Positions 45,898 through 55,141 of a DNA stretch of 64,000 nt are shown piece after piece; the stretch's first letter is position 1, and each line of letters starts with the position of its first letter. The notes beneath the pieces are model-generated. The model saw only the letters and a program-made list of their open reading frames with translations, had not been told where the DNA came from and searched no databases. The stretch spans positions 36,148-100,147 of the forward strand of contig CAKRHW010000004.1 in the NCBI GenBank assembly GCA_934339365.1, written 5' to 3'. This DNA is from an uncultured Lachnospiraceae bacterium (GTDB lineage Bacteria > Bacillota > Clostridia > Lachnospirales > Lachnospiraceae). Position numbers and translations under genes: made by a program.

Positions 45898-46655
45898 ATA
45901 AATATTATCTGAAAGTGAAAAATCTGAGTAAAAATTTTGGCGAAAGAAACATTTTGAGTGACATAAGTTTTCAGGTTTCAAAAGGGGAATTTATATGTAT
46001 TGTTGGGAGCAGCGGATGTGGGAAAAGCACCCTCCTAAGAGCAGTATCAGGAATTGATACAGACTATGAAGGCAGTGTTTTGGTCAATGACAAAGAAGTG
46101 AAAAAGCCTTCCAAAAAGATAGGATATATTTTCCAGGAAAACAGGTTATTTCCCTGGCTTACCGTTGAGGAGAATGTAAGTTTCGCCTTAGAGAAAGAAA
46201 GGAAAAAAGAAAAGAGAAAAAAAGCAGATGAAGCAATCAAAATGGTTGGACTTGAATTTGCAAAAAAACAATATCCAAAGACTTTGTCCGGAGGAATGGC
46301 ACAAAGAGCGAATATAGCAAGGACACTGGTAAATAAACCGGAAATACTTTTATTAGATGAACCATTTGGAGCACTCGATGCATTTACGAAAATTCATTTG
46401 CAGGAAAAATTATGTGAGATAAGAAGTGCAGAGGGTACAACCATGATTATGGTAACGCATGATATTGAAGAGGCTGTGTATCTTGCAGACCGCATTATCA
46501 TTCTGGATAAGGAGCCGGGAAGAATAAAGAAAATTATTCAGGATGATCTGCCAAGACCGAGAGACCGGAATAGTCCGTATTTTAATGAATTAAGAAAAAA
46601 GGTTTACGGGTATTTCTTTGAAACACATGAAATTGTTGAAGATTATAGTATATAG
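45885..46655 (+). CDS. ABC transporter ATP-binding protein (NitT/TauT-type)
   Basis: Walker A GSSGCGKST, signature LSGGMAQR and Walker B LLLDEPFGALD. A TTG start follows GGGAGGG. Confidence 0.85.
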   Translation: MEQLNKYYLKVKNLSKNFGERNILSDISFQVSKGEFICIVGSSGCGKSTLLRAVSGIDTDYEGSVLVNDKEVKKPSKKIGYIFQENRLFPWLTVEENVSFALEKERKKEKRKKADEAIKMVGLEFAKKQYPKTLSGGMAQRANIARTLVNKPEILLLDEPFGALDAFTKIHLQEKLCEIRSAEGTTMIMVTHDIEEAVYLADRIIILDKEPGRIKKIIQDDLPRPRDRNSPYFNELRKKVYGYFFETHEIVEDYSI

Positions 46656-46666
46656 GAGGAACGGAT

Positions 46667-47674
46667 ATGAATAAAAAGAAAATAAAAAAATTAGCGATAC
46701 TTGCAATTGCGTCAGCATTAGCAATCAGTTCCCTGGTCGGATGCAACGCAGAAAAAAAGAAACAAGAGACAGAAAGTTCTTCTAATAAGAAATTAAATAT
46801 TGCAATTCAGCCGGTGGTAGGTTTTTTGCCTTTATATATTATGAAAGACAATCAATCTTTAGAGAAGGCACTTTCGGATGCAGGATACCATGTGGATGTG
46901 ACCTATACAGAATATGAGTCAGGACCTCCCGAAAATGAGGCTTTTGCAGCAGGACTTGCAGACATCGGTGTATTGGGAAATGTTCCGGCTTTGACAGGAA
47001 TCGCTTCCGGTCAGGACAGAAAAATAATAGGAATTGCTTATAACGGAGAAGCGACGGAAGCCATTATTGTACCAAAAGATTCAGATATAAAAAAGGTATC
47101 TGATTTAAAGGGAAAGAAAATAGGGCTGGTTGTTGGATCCATTGCACAAAATCTCGTTTTGGCTGTGTTTCAGGAGAATAAACTTAACTTTAGTGATGTA
47201 ACTTTCGTTAATTTATCTGCAGGAGAACAACAACAGGCTTTAGAAACAAAGGAAGTAGATGCAGTAGCAACCTGGGAACCAACCATTTCGAAACTTACTG
47301 CAGATGGCAAAAATGTTGTATTAGCAGATGGTACAGGTGTATTTTTAGGTGAGAACCCGATTATTGCAAGAGGAAAGTACATAGATGCAAATCCGGAAAT
47401 TGTTCAGATATTTTTCGATGAATACAAGAAGGCGGTTCAGTTATTGAAAGATGATACCGAGAAATATGCGGAGAAGTATAGCAGTAATTTCGGATTAGAA
47501 AAAAATATTATTCGTGCAGCACTTACGCATGTGAATGAGCCGGTGGCGATTACGGAAGAAGATGTCAGTGATTTGCAGAATACGGCAGAATTTCTGAAAA
47601 ATGAAAATTTGATTTCGGCGGAAATAAAAGTAAAGGATTATGTGGATTTTTCATTTAGCAAAAAAGTAAAATAG
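46667..47674 (+). CDS. ABC substrate-binding lipoprotein (NMT1/THI5-like, sulfonate/nitrate/taurine-type family)
   Basis: Lipobox SSLVGC. Its size and position after the matching permease and ATPase fit this role. Confidence 0.7.
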   Translation: MNKKKIKKLAILAIASALAISSLVGCNAEKKKQETESSSNKKLNIAIQPVVGFLPLYIMKDNQSLEKALSDAGYHVDVTYTEYESGPPENEAFAAGLADIGVLGNVPALTGIASGQDRKIIGIAYNGEATEAIIVPKDSDIKKVSDLKGKKIGLVVGSIAQNLVLAVFQENKLNFSDVTFVNLSAGEQQQALETKEVDAVATWEPTISKLTADGKNVVLADGTGVFLGENPIIARGKYIDANPEIVQIFFDEYKKAVQLLKDDTEKYAEKYSSNFGLEKNIIRAALTHVNEPVAITEEDVSDLQNTAEFLKNENLISAEIKVKDYVDFSFSKKVK

Positions 47675-47704
47675 CAAAGCAGTAAAGTAGGAGAGTGAGT
47701 CATT

Positions 47705-48985
47705 ATGATAAAAGCCAGAGATAAAGATTGGAGAAAAAAGGAACCGACGTTAAAAGAGGTCATAAAAAAATATTCGGATATGCCTGCAAGCTGGATACTG
47801 AAGGCAGATATTCAAAGGAGAGGACTTTGGTATACCAAAAATGCAGTGGAAAAGATTGATCCGGCGATTCATGCGGTTCATCAGGATGGAAAAGATTTAT
47901 TTAGAAACAATGTGGATTTTGTACCGGAAGGTCTGATATGGAATGATGGAAGTTATTTAATTGCAAATTTTGACTTTGATCAGGAACATCCGGCAAGAGA
48001 TCCTTATGTCGTAGATTATGTGGATGGAAAATATGTCATAATCGATGAGGGAGAAATCGTAGGAGATTTTCAGGGCTATTGGGAAAAACCTGATTTTTAT
48101 AATAAAAAAGCATCCAATGGACAACCACTGAGCACTTATGTCCAGGCAAGACCACAGCGGATAGAGGTCAGTGTCAATAAGTATTGCCATTTTTGGGATT
48201 GCCCGAAAGAAGGATGCAAGTACTGCCCACTGACTCCTTCGTTTAAGGCAAGCGGAAGTACAGAAGAACAAAGTGATTTGAAATACATGCGGGAAGCATT
48301 TGCAGAGGCATGGAAACAAAAAGGAAGATATACGCAGGTGCTTCTTACGGGAGGTTCCATTCTTTCAGGGGAAGAATTGTTTGATGATGAGTTAGAAAGC
48401 TATATCAGAGTCCTAAAAATGATAGGTGAATTTTTCCCGGGGAAAAGATTTCCGTCACAGTTGATTTCGTCCGCATTCAGTGTAAGACAGCTAGAAAGAC
48501 TTTACAAAGAAACCGGATTAACAATGTATACAACAGATATTGAAGTTTTTGACAAGGAAAAATTTGAATGGATTTGCCCGGGAAAGGCACATAAACTTGG
48601 ATATGATGAGTGGAAGAAGAGATTAATTGCAGCAGTAGATATTTTTGGAAAAGGAAATGTAACATCAGGGGCAGTGCTTGGAACAGAACTTGCCACACCA
48701 AATGGATTCCGTTCAGAAGACGAAGCGTTTGAAAAAGTTGTAGAGGAAGCAGAAAGTATCATTTCTCATGGAATTGCACTGGCTGCAAATATCTGGAGAC
48801 CAACACCAAAGTCAATTTTTCAGAATCAGATTTCTCCGTCGCTGGATTATTTTGTAAGGGTATACAGAGAGTTTGACCGATTACAAAGAAAATATATTAC
48901 CAACCCTTATAATGATGACTTTAGAAGATGCGGTGCCCATGTAGGACTTGATTTGATGAGAACTTATGAGGAGGTTCAACTATGA
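47705..48985 (+). CDS. Uncharacterised radical-SAM-like enzyme with a non-canonical Cys cluster
   Basis: The cluster C-X4-C-X4-C-X2-C (YCHFWDCPKEGCKYCPL) is at nt 48185-48226. It is followed by the GGE-like LLTGGSIL. No standard CX3CX2C motif is present. Confidence 0.45.
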   Translation: MIKARDKDWRKKEPTLKEVIKKYSDMPASWILKADIQRRGLWYTKNAVEKIDPAIHAVHQDGKDLFRNNVDFVPEGLIWNDGSYLIANFDFDQEHPARDPYVVDYVDGKYVIIDEGEIVGDFQGYWEKPDFYNKKASNGQPLSTYVQARPQRIEVSVNKYCHFWDCPKEGCKYCPLTPSFKASGSTEEQSDLKYMREAFAEAWKQKGRYTQVLLTGGSILSGEELFDDELESYIRVLKMIGEFFPGKRFPSQLISSAFSVRQLERLYKETGLTMYTTDIEVFDKEKFEWICPGKAHKLGYDEWKKRLIAAVDIFGKGNVTSGAVLGTELATPNGFRSEDEAFEKVVEEAESIISHGIALAANIWRPTPKSIFQNQISPSLDYFVRVYREFDRLQRKYITNPYNDDFRRCGAHVGLDLMRTYEEVQL

Positions 48986-49434
48986 TTTTAAATAAGGAAT
49001 TAGTAGAAATAATCAATGATAAAGAGACGTTAAAGTCTGTAGCAACAGTAAGCAGAGAGGGAATTCCGCATGTAGCATACAAAGGAAGTCTTCATGTGGA
49101 AGAGGATAAAATTGTATTTTATGATTTGATTCAAAGCTCACAGATTAATAAAAATCTGGTTCATGCAATCTGGTTTGATGGAAAGGTTGCAATCAATCTT
49201 TTATCGAAAGACAAACGGAGTTTTTTAATCATTGGAAAACCTGTAAAATCTGTGACAGCCGGTAAGGCCTTTGAAAAAATATATGTTGCTCTGCAGGAGA
49301 AAAAAGGTGTGGAGGTGGATTTGTCTGCCATCTGGTATATCGAGCCATTAAGTGTCAGAGAAGAAACATATACAGCCCGCAGAAAAGAGGAAGAAGAAAA
49401 ATATCCATATATCAGACACTTAGACAGAGTCTGA
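48982..49434 (+). CDS. Pyridoxamine-5'-phosphate-oxidase-like (split-barrel flavin-binding) family protein
   Basis: Size and N-terminal pattern (TLKSVATVSREGIPHVAYKGSLHVEEDKIVFYD). ATGA overlap with the preceding gene. Confidence 0.5.
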   Translation: MILNKELVEIINDKETLKSVATVSREGIPHVAYKGSLHVEEDKIVFYDLIQSSQINKNLVHAIWFDGKVAINLLSKDKRSFLIIGKPVKSVTAGKAFEKIYVALQEKKGVEVDLSAIWYIEPLSVREETYTARRKEEEEKYPYIRHLDRV

Positions 49435-49565
49435 AGAGAAAACATAAGTGCAGAATTTACCGGATTCTGTAAGGATGATTTTTTTCTAAATGGCTGGAAG
49501 AATGGTAAATTTTTATTGTGGGGTAGAATGCTTTAATGATATAATTTCAGGGAAGGAGGAGAAAG

Positions 49566-50639
49566 ATGTCTGTAAAACAAATAGCAAAAATGGCCGGGAC
49601 ATCACCGGCAACTGTTTCGCGAATCTTAAATAATCCTAATTATCATTGTACCGATCCAAGTATCAGAGAAAAAGTCTGGAATGCGGCAATGGAATTAAAT
49701 TATGTACCGAACGAGGCTGCAAGAAATTTAAAAAAGGGAGTGAAAAATCCGGCAGAAAAGATGCGTTATATACAAGTATTGATGACCAGGACAGAACGAA
49801 GTCAGACAGATCCTTTTTTCACAGAAGTTTTAAGGATTGTTGAGTCAGAAATACATAGAAGTTCCTGCATTTTATCGCAAGTGTGGTATATGTCAGTTTT
49901 TTCAAGTGATAAACAGTGCAGATTAAATAATGTGAATCAATTAGTAGAGGAATTGTATCAGGAAACAGAAGGAAAAAGTGATGGATTAATTGTAATAGGA
50001 AGATGCAATAAAGAGGCACTTAAAATTTTAAAAGCAAAATTTAAAAATTTAGTTTCGATTAACCGAAATCCAACCAATCGGGAAATCGATGAAGTAACCT
50101 GTGATGGTAAAAAGATAGCAACGACAGCTATTGAGTATTTAATTGGTCTGGGACATAATGATATCGCTTATGTAGGTGAGTGTCATGGAGAGTCCAGATA
50201 TAAGGGATATGTCGATACTTTAATGCGACATGACTTAGAACTCAATCCTGCATATATTTTTGAAACAAAGCAGACAGAAAAAGCAGGATATGAGATTATG
50301 GAGAAAATATTAAAATCAGAAGATATTCCTACGGCGATTTATTGCGCCAATGATATTACAGCAATTGGAATGCTAAAGGCACTGGCAAAGTCAAAAAATA
50401 AATATCTGAATATCTCAGTCATATCCAGTGATGATATCGAACAGGCGCAGTTTGCCAGACCGATGCTTACCAGTGTTGCATTGCCAAAGACAGAGATGGC
50501 CAGATTTGCAGTATATTTGCTGACAGACAGGATAAAAGGACAGCATCATTCCGTTACAACGATGGAATTAGAAGGACATCTGGTGGTAAGAGAAAGCTGC
50601 GTAGATGTAGAAGAAAGCTACTGGAATTATATGATTTAG
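49566..50639 (+). CDS. LacI-family transcriptional regulator
   Basis: The N-terminus is VKQIAKMAGTSPATVSRILNN. The C-terminal domain looks like a periplasmic-binding-protein-type sugar-binding domain. Confidence 0.85.
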   Translation: MSVKQIAKMAGTSPATVSRILNNPNYHCTDPSIREKVWNAAMELNYVPNEAARNLKKGVKNPAEKMRYIQVLMTRTERSQTDPFFTEVLRIVESEIHRSSCILSQVWYMSVFSSDKQCRLNNVNQLVEELYQETEGKSDGLIVIGRCNKEALKILKAKFKNLVSINRNPTNREIDEVTCDGKKIATTAIEYLIGLGHNDIAYVGECHGESRYKGYVDTLMRHDLELNPAYIFETKQTEKAGYEIMEKILKSEDIPTAIYCANDITAIGMLKALAKSKNKYLNISVISSDDIEQAQFARPMLTSVALPKTEMARFAVYLLTDRIKGQHHSVTTMELEGHLVVRESCVDVEESYWNYMI

Positions 50640-50673
50640 AATGTATCAGAATATATATTTGACATCAGATTAA

Positions 50674-51330
50674 ATGTTTTTGACTGGAAAATTATCAGGT
50701 AAATTTGAAACATATGATACATTGAAAGAGTCAGAAAGAAATGATGTGATAGTTGGATATTCAGGACCAATTGAAACCAGATTGCGAGATTTCGGGGTAA
50801 TGATTCCTGATGTTGATTATCCGGAATCAATCTTGAAATATCTTGGAAGAAAGATATGGAAATCAACGATGAATACAATTAATAATAATCCTGATTTGTG
50901 GAACGTATTTGTAAAACCGATACGAAGAAAATCATTTAAAGGCAGAGTGATAAGAAGTGCTACAGACTTAATCGGATGTGGTGCTACAAATGGAGATCAG
51001 GAAATATATGTTAGTGAAATATTAAATTTTGTTTCGGAATACAGAGTGTTTGTAAGGTATGGAGAAATTCTGGATGTAAGACATTATACGGGTGACTGGT
51101 CAATTTTTCCAGATGCAGAAACAATAGCAAATTGCGTGAAGGAGTACAAAGAAGGAATAAATACATATGCAATTGATTTTGGTGTGACAGATAAGGGAAC
51201 GACAAATCTTATTGAAGTTAATGTATCGGGTGTCATTGGTTCCTATGGCCTTGATCCCAATATGTATGCCAAATTTATGTCAGCCAGATGGTCAGAGTTA
51301 ACTGAAACAGAGGATGAATGCAGATTTTAA
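50674..51330 (+). CDS. ATP-grasp-like protein (DUF4343-type)
   Basis: The pattern FVKP...KSFKGRV...YRVFV....AIDFGV....LIEVN resembles small ATP-grasp proteins. There is no convincing RBS, so the start is uncertain. Confidence 0.5.
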   Translation: MFLTGKLSGKFETYDTLKESERNDVIVGYSGPIETRLRDFGVMIPDVDYPESILKYLGRKIWKSTMNTINNNPDLWNVFVKPIRRKSFKGRVIRSATDLIGCGATNGDQEIYVSEILNFVSEYRVFVRYGEILDVRHYTGDWSIFPDAETIANCVKEYKEGINTYAIDFGVTDKGTTNLIEVNVSGVIGSYGLDPNMYAKFMSARWSELTETEDECRF

Positions 51331-51368
51331 TGGTTTTGTCGTGGTTGTAAGGAATCTGGTTATCAATA

Positions 51369-51416
51369 GAACCCAACGTGCCGCTTAGTAATGCGGATAT
51401 CGTTGAGTTCTTTTTT
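51369..51416 (+). terminator. Rho-independent terminator
   Basis: GAACCCAACG ... CGTTGAGTTC followed by TTTTTT. Confidence 0.75.
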
Positions 51417-51470
51417 ATATCAGTTTTTAATTTATTATAAAAATGTAATATCTTATATTTTTGTATTTTA

Positions 51471-51499
51471 TTGACATACTAGTAGAAACAGAGTAATAT
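51471..51499 (+). promoter_or_regulatory. Promoter of the abiE operon
   Basis: TTGACA - 17 nt - TAATAT. Confidence 0.7.
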
Positions 51500-51509
51500 T
51501 TAATTAAAA

Positions 51510-51534
51510 TTCGGCAAATTACGAAAATGCCGAA
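51510..51534 (+). promoter_or_regulatory. Inverted repeat (candidate AbiEi operator)
   Basis: TTCGGCA - 11 nt - TGCCGAA, located between the -10 element and the RBS. Confidence 0.5.
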
Positions 51535-51557
51535 AATAAATAAAAAGGTGATATATT

Positions 51558-52145
51558 ATGAAAGATATAAGTATTATAGCAAATGATCAAATGATTGTCT
51601 CTATCGAAGAGCTTAAAGAAAAGGGACTTACTCTTTATAAAATAAATCAGCTTGTAGATCAGGGAGTTCTTAAGAAACTGAATAAGAAATTTTATGAGAA
51701 TACAAGTTATCAAGGTGAAGAATCTGATTTCTATTATGCATATGCGTATGTCCCGGCTGGAGTAATCTGCCTTATGAGTGCTGCAGTTTATTACAATCTT
51801 ACCACCTATAGACCAGATGCGATAGATGTAGCAATTGAAAGAAAAGCACGTGTGTCAACACTTCCTGACTGGCCGGAAGTTAAGCTATATTACTACACAG
51901 ATGATAGGTTTGAGCTTGGTATAGAAGCTATTGTTGATGGGAAGAATCAGTTTCGTATTTATGATATTGAGAAAACAGTTGTAGATATTGTTTTTTATCG
52001 TGAGAAGGTTGGAATGGAAGAAATGAAGGAAGTACTTGTTAATTATCTTAGGAGAAAAGACAGAAACCTTAATCGCCTGATCCGATATGCGGAGCTAATG
52101 AAGTGTGGAGATATCATGAAAAATTATCTGGAGGTACTTGTATAA
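51558..52145 (+). CDS. Type IV toxin-antitoxin AbiEi-family antitoxin/regulator
   Basis: Winged-HTH N-terminus plus an AbiEi-like C-terminus (ICLMSAAVYYNLT...DVAI...RIYDIEKTVVD). One-nt overlap (TAATG) with the toxin gene. Confidence 0.75.
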   Translation: MKDISIIANDQMIVSIEELKEKGLTLYKINQLVDQGVLKKLNKKFYENTSYQGEESDFYYAYAYVPAGVICLMSAAVYYNLTTYRPDAIDVAIERKARVSTLPDWPEVKLYYYTDDRFELGIEAIVDGKNQFRIYDIEKTVVDIVFYREKVGMEEMKEVLVNYLRRKDRNLNRLIRYAELMKCGDIMKNYLEVLV

Positions 52146-53038
52146 TGAATGCAGAATCAGTAAAGGCGAGATTAAAAAATCTGGCTATAAAAGATGGAGG
52201 AACCATGCAGGATAAGCTTATAACATATGCATTGGAACGTTCAATTTACAGATTATCGATTTCAAAATATGTAAATCAATTTACCCTAAAAGGGGGAATA
52301 TTTCTGTATGCTTTGTTCGATAAAAAATTTGCACGAGCAACCATGGATATTGACTTACTTGCCCAAAGAATCCCAAATGATGTGGAAAAAATGAAAGAGG
52401 TATTTCGAGATATTTTTGCTATAGAGTATGATGATGCATTACGATACGATATAGATTCTTTAGATGTTCGAAGTATTACAGAATTCAAGGAATATCATGG
52501 GGTAAACGTGTCTATAAATGCATATCTGAATAGAACAAAGATACCGGTATCCATTGATATTGGTTTTGGAGATGTGATTTATCCTGAAAGAATGCAGATG
52601 GATTTTCCTGTGATTTTGGACATGGATGAACCAAGAATATTTGTTTATTCGATATATTCTGTTATTGCAGAAAAGTTTGAAGCGATTGTTTCTTTGGGAA
52701 TCATCAACGGAAGATATAAAGATTTCTATGATATATATGTATTGGCGGGTAGATTTGATTTATCTGGTTTAGAATTGCAGGAAGCAATACAGGAAACTTT
52801 TTCCCATAGAAGTACGACATTTGATGACATTATAGCTTTTGAGGATGAGTTTGTGGAAGATATTACGAGACAGAATAGATGGAAGGCCTTTGTAAAAAAG
52901 AAAAAAGCGATAGAGGATATCAGTTTTATGGATGCTATTGCATTAGTAAAAAATGTGCTTATACCAGTGGTAGAATCTATTCAAGCAAATTTAAGATTTG
53001 ATAAGAGATGGTTATGTGAAGAGAAAATGTGGAAATAG
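52145..53038 (+). CDS. AbiEii/AbiGii-family nucleotidyltransferase toxin
   Basis: The N-terminus is SVKARLKNLA......YALERSIYRLS....FTLKGGIFLY....TMDIDLL. Confidence 0.8.
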   Translation: MNAESVKARLKNLAIKDGGTMQDKLITYALERSIYRLSISKYVNQFTLKGGIFLYALFDKKFARATMDIDLLAQRIPNDVEKMKEVFRDIFAIEYDDALRYDIDSLDVRSITEFKEYHGVNVSINAYLNRTKIPVSIDIGFGDVIYPERMQMDFPVILDMDEPRIFVYSIYSVIAEKFEAIVSLGIINGRYKDFYDIYVLAGRFDLSGLELQEAIQETFSHRSTTFDDIIAFEDEFVEDITRQNRWKAFVKKKKAIEDISFMDAIALVKNVLIPVVESIQANLRFDKRWLCEEKMWK

Positions 53039-53118
53039 ATAAGTACACTCGCTTACTTGACTTTATCATAAGACAGGAATAAAATAAACAAGTTTATTTT
53101 ATGAAGGGAGATTATAGT

Positions 53119-53685
53119 ATGCCAGCCAAGAAACAAATTACACGAGATATGATTTTAGATACGTCATTAAAACTTTTGAAAGAACAGGGATTTGAAGCGG
53201 TTACAATAAAGCGTCTTGCTAAGGAACTGGGATGTTCTACGCAGCCGGTTTATTTGTCCTTTTCTGGCATGGATGAATTGCGGAGGGAGTTGATTCCTTT
53301 AGCGGTAAAGGAATTTGAACGTCTTATGGAAAGTGACAGCAAAAAGGGTGTGGTTCGGCTTTACGATATAGAATATATCCATCTGGCTAAGAATGAGCCA
53401 AGACTTTTCTGCTTTTTATTTATGCGTGCAAATGCATTTACGGAAATAAAAAGTCTGCTGCTTCCAATCATTGAACGGTCCATCCGGGAGCTTATGGAGC
53501 TATATCATATCGACCATAAAGAAGCCGATGCTCTCCATGATCATTTGTGGATGCACACACATGGAATAGCGTCTATGGTTGCTACAGATTTTTGTAACTG
53601 GGATATGAATAAAATAAATAAGATGCTTGAGGATTGTAAAAGTGCTTTTACAAAGAAATACGAGGTGTCATATGTTTACGAATAA
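53119..53685 (+). CDS. TetR-family transcriptional regulator
   Basis: ILDTSLKLLKEQGFEAVTIKRLAKELGCSTQPVYLSF. Confidence 0.85.
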   Translation: MPAKKQITRDMILDTSLKLLKEQGFEAVTIKRLAKELGCSTQPVYLSFSGMDELRRELIPLAVKEFERLMESDSKKGVVRLYDIEYIHLAKNEPRLFCFLFMRANAFTEIKSLLLPIIERSIRELMELYHIDHKEADALHDHLWMHTHGIASMVATDFCNWDMNKINKMLEDCKSAFTKKYEVSYVYE

Positions 53686-54996
53686 AGATTTGAAAAATTT
53701 GATTCTTCCACTTTTTGTTGAACAATTTCTTTTGATGTTTGTTGGAATTGCGGATACGTTTGTCGTCAGCTTTTCAAGTGAAGCGGATGTTTCTGGTGTA
53801 TCACTGGTTACATCTTTTAATACAGTTTTGATTTTTTTGTTTACTGCTTTGTCTTCCGGAGGTGCAGTTATCATCAGTCAGTATATTGGAAGTAAAAATA
53901 GCAAGTTAGCTTCTCGTTCTTCAGGGCAGCTTTTGATGATTTCTACGGTTGTTTCTGTGATTATGGCGGTTTTGATTCTGGTATTTCATACACAGTTGTT
54001 AAAACTTTTATTTGGTAAGATTGAGCCGGATGTCATGGCAGCTTGTGATTCCTATCTTCTCATTACAACTCTTTCCCTTCCTGCCCTTGCGATATATGAT
54101 GCCGGGGCGGCACTTTGCCGGAGTATCGGCAAAACAAATGTCACAATGTACATTTCTATTATTGCAAATGTTATTAATGTCTTAGGCAACTGTATAGGAG
54201 TGTTTGTATTAAAAATGGGAGCGGCAGGTGTTGCATATCCATCGTTGATTTCTCGAATACTATCTGCTGTTGCAGTTACTGTTCTTTGTTTTCGGAAAAG
54301 AAATCAGGTGCAATACAAAATGAACGATATCGTGAGCTGGGATGGCAGTCTGCTTAAAAAGATTATGGGAATTGCCTTGCCAAACGGCATTGAAAATGGT
54401 GTGTATCAGCTTGTAAAAGTCGCACTTTCTAGTATGGTGGCTTTGTTTGGTACATATCAGATTGCTGCCAATGGAGTGGCACAGAGTATCTGGTCGCTGG
54501 CTTCTATCATGGGACTTGCAATGGCTCCGGCTTATACTACGGTTATAGGTCAGTGTATGGGGGCAAGGGACATTGATGCGGCAAATTATTATTTCAAGAA
54601 GCTAGACAAATTACATTTGTATTGTCCGTTCTGTGGAATGCATTGATTTTTGCAATCACACCAATCATTGTATGTTACTTTGCCATTTCGCCCGAAGCAA
54701 AGAAACTGGTAATCTGGCTGGTTCTGATTAATAATATTTTCAATGGACTGGCATATCCATTTGCCGGCTCACTGGGAAATGGGCTTCGTGCTGCAGGCGA
54801 TGTAAAGTTTACCATGATTGTGTCGATTTCCCTGACAATCGGTGCACGACTGTTGTTTTCTGCATTGTTTGGCCTGTGGCTTGGCTGGGGGGTAATCGGT
54901 GTAGCAATCGGTATGAGCATGGACCTGGTATTTCGTGGAGTGATTTTTATCTGGAGACTGAAATCACAGAAATGGACAAGATATCAAATTATTTAA
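53672..54996 (+). pseudogene. MATE-family efflux transporter interrupted by a frameshift near 54600
   Basis: Two adjacent ORFs, ending at 54646 and starting at 54622, together make one MATE protein. The MATE sequence continues in the other frame as ARQITFVLSVLWNALIF from about 54601. Confidence 0.7.
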
Positions 54997-55008
54997 AGAG
55001 TAAAAAAT

Positions 55009-55081
55009 ATTACCAAAATGGTAATGAATATATTGAAAAATGGGTCTAGGTGTGATATATTTTTATTACCAAAATAGTAAC
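55009..55081 (+). promoter_or_regulatory. Two ATTACCAAAAT(G/A)GTAA(T) palindromic operator-like sites bracketing a TTGAAA-N17-TATATT promoter
   Basis: Site 1 is ATTACCAAAATGGTAAT (55009-55025, a perfect 7-bp inverted repeat). Site 2 is ATTACCAAAATAGTAA (55065-55080). The promoter lies between them. Confidence 0.6.
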
Positions 55082-55141
55082 AAAAAGAGGAGAAGTTAAA
55101 TATAATAAAAATAGTAAAGGTAACGGAGGTGTCAAATCATT

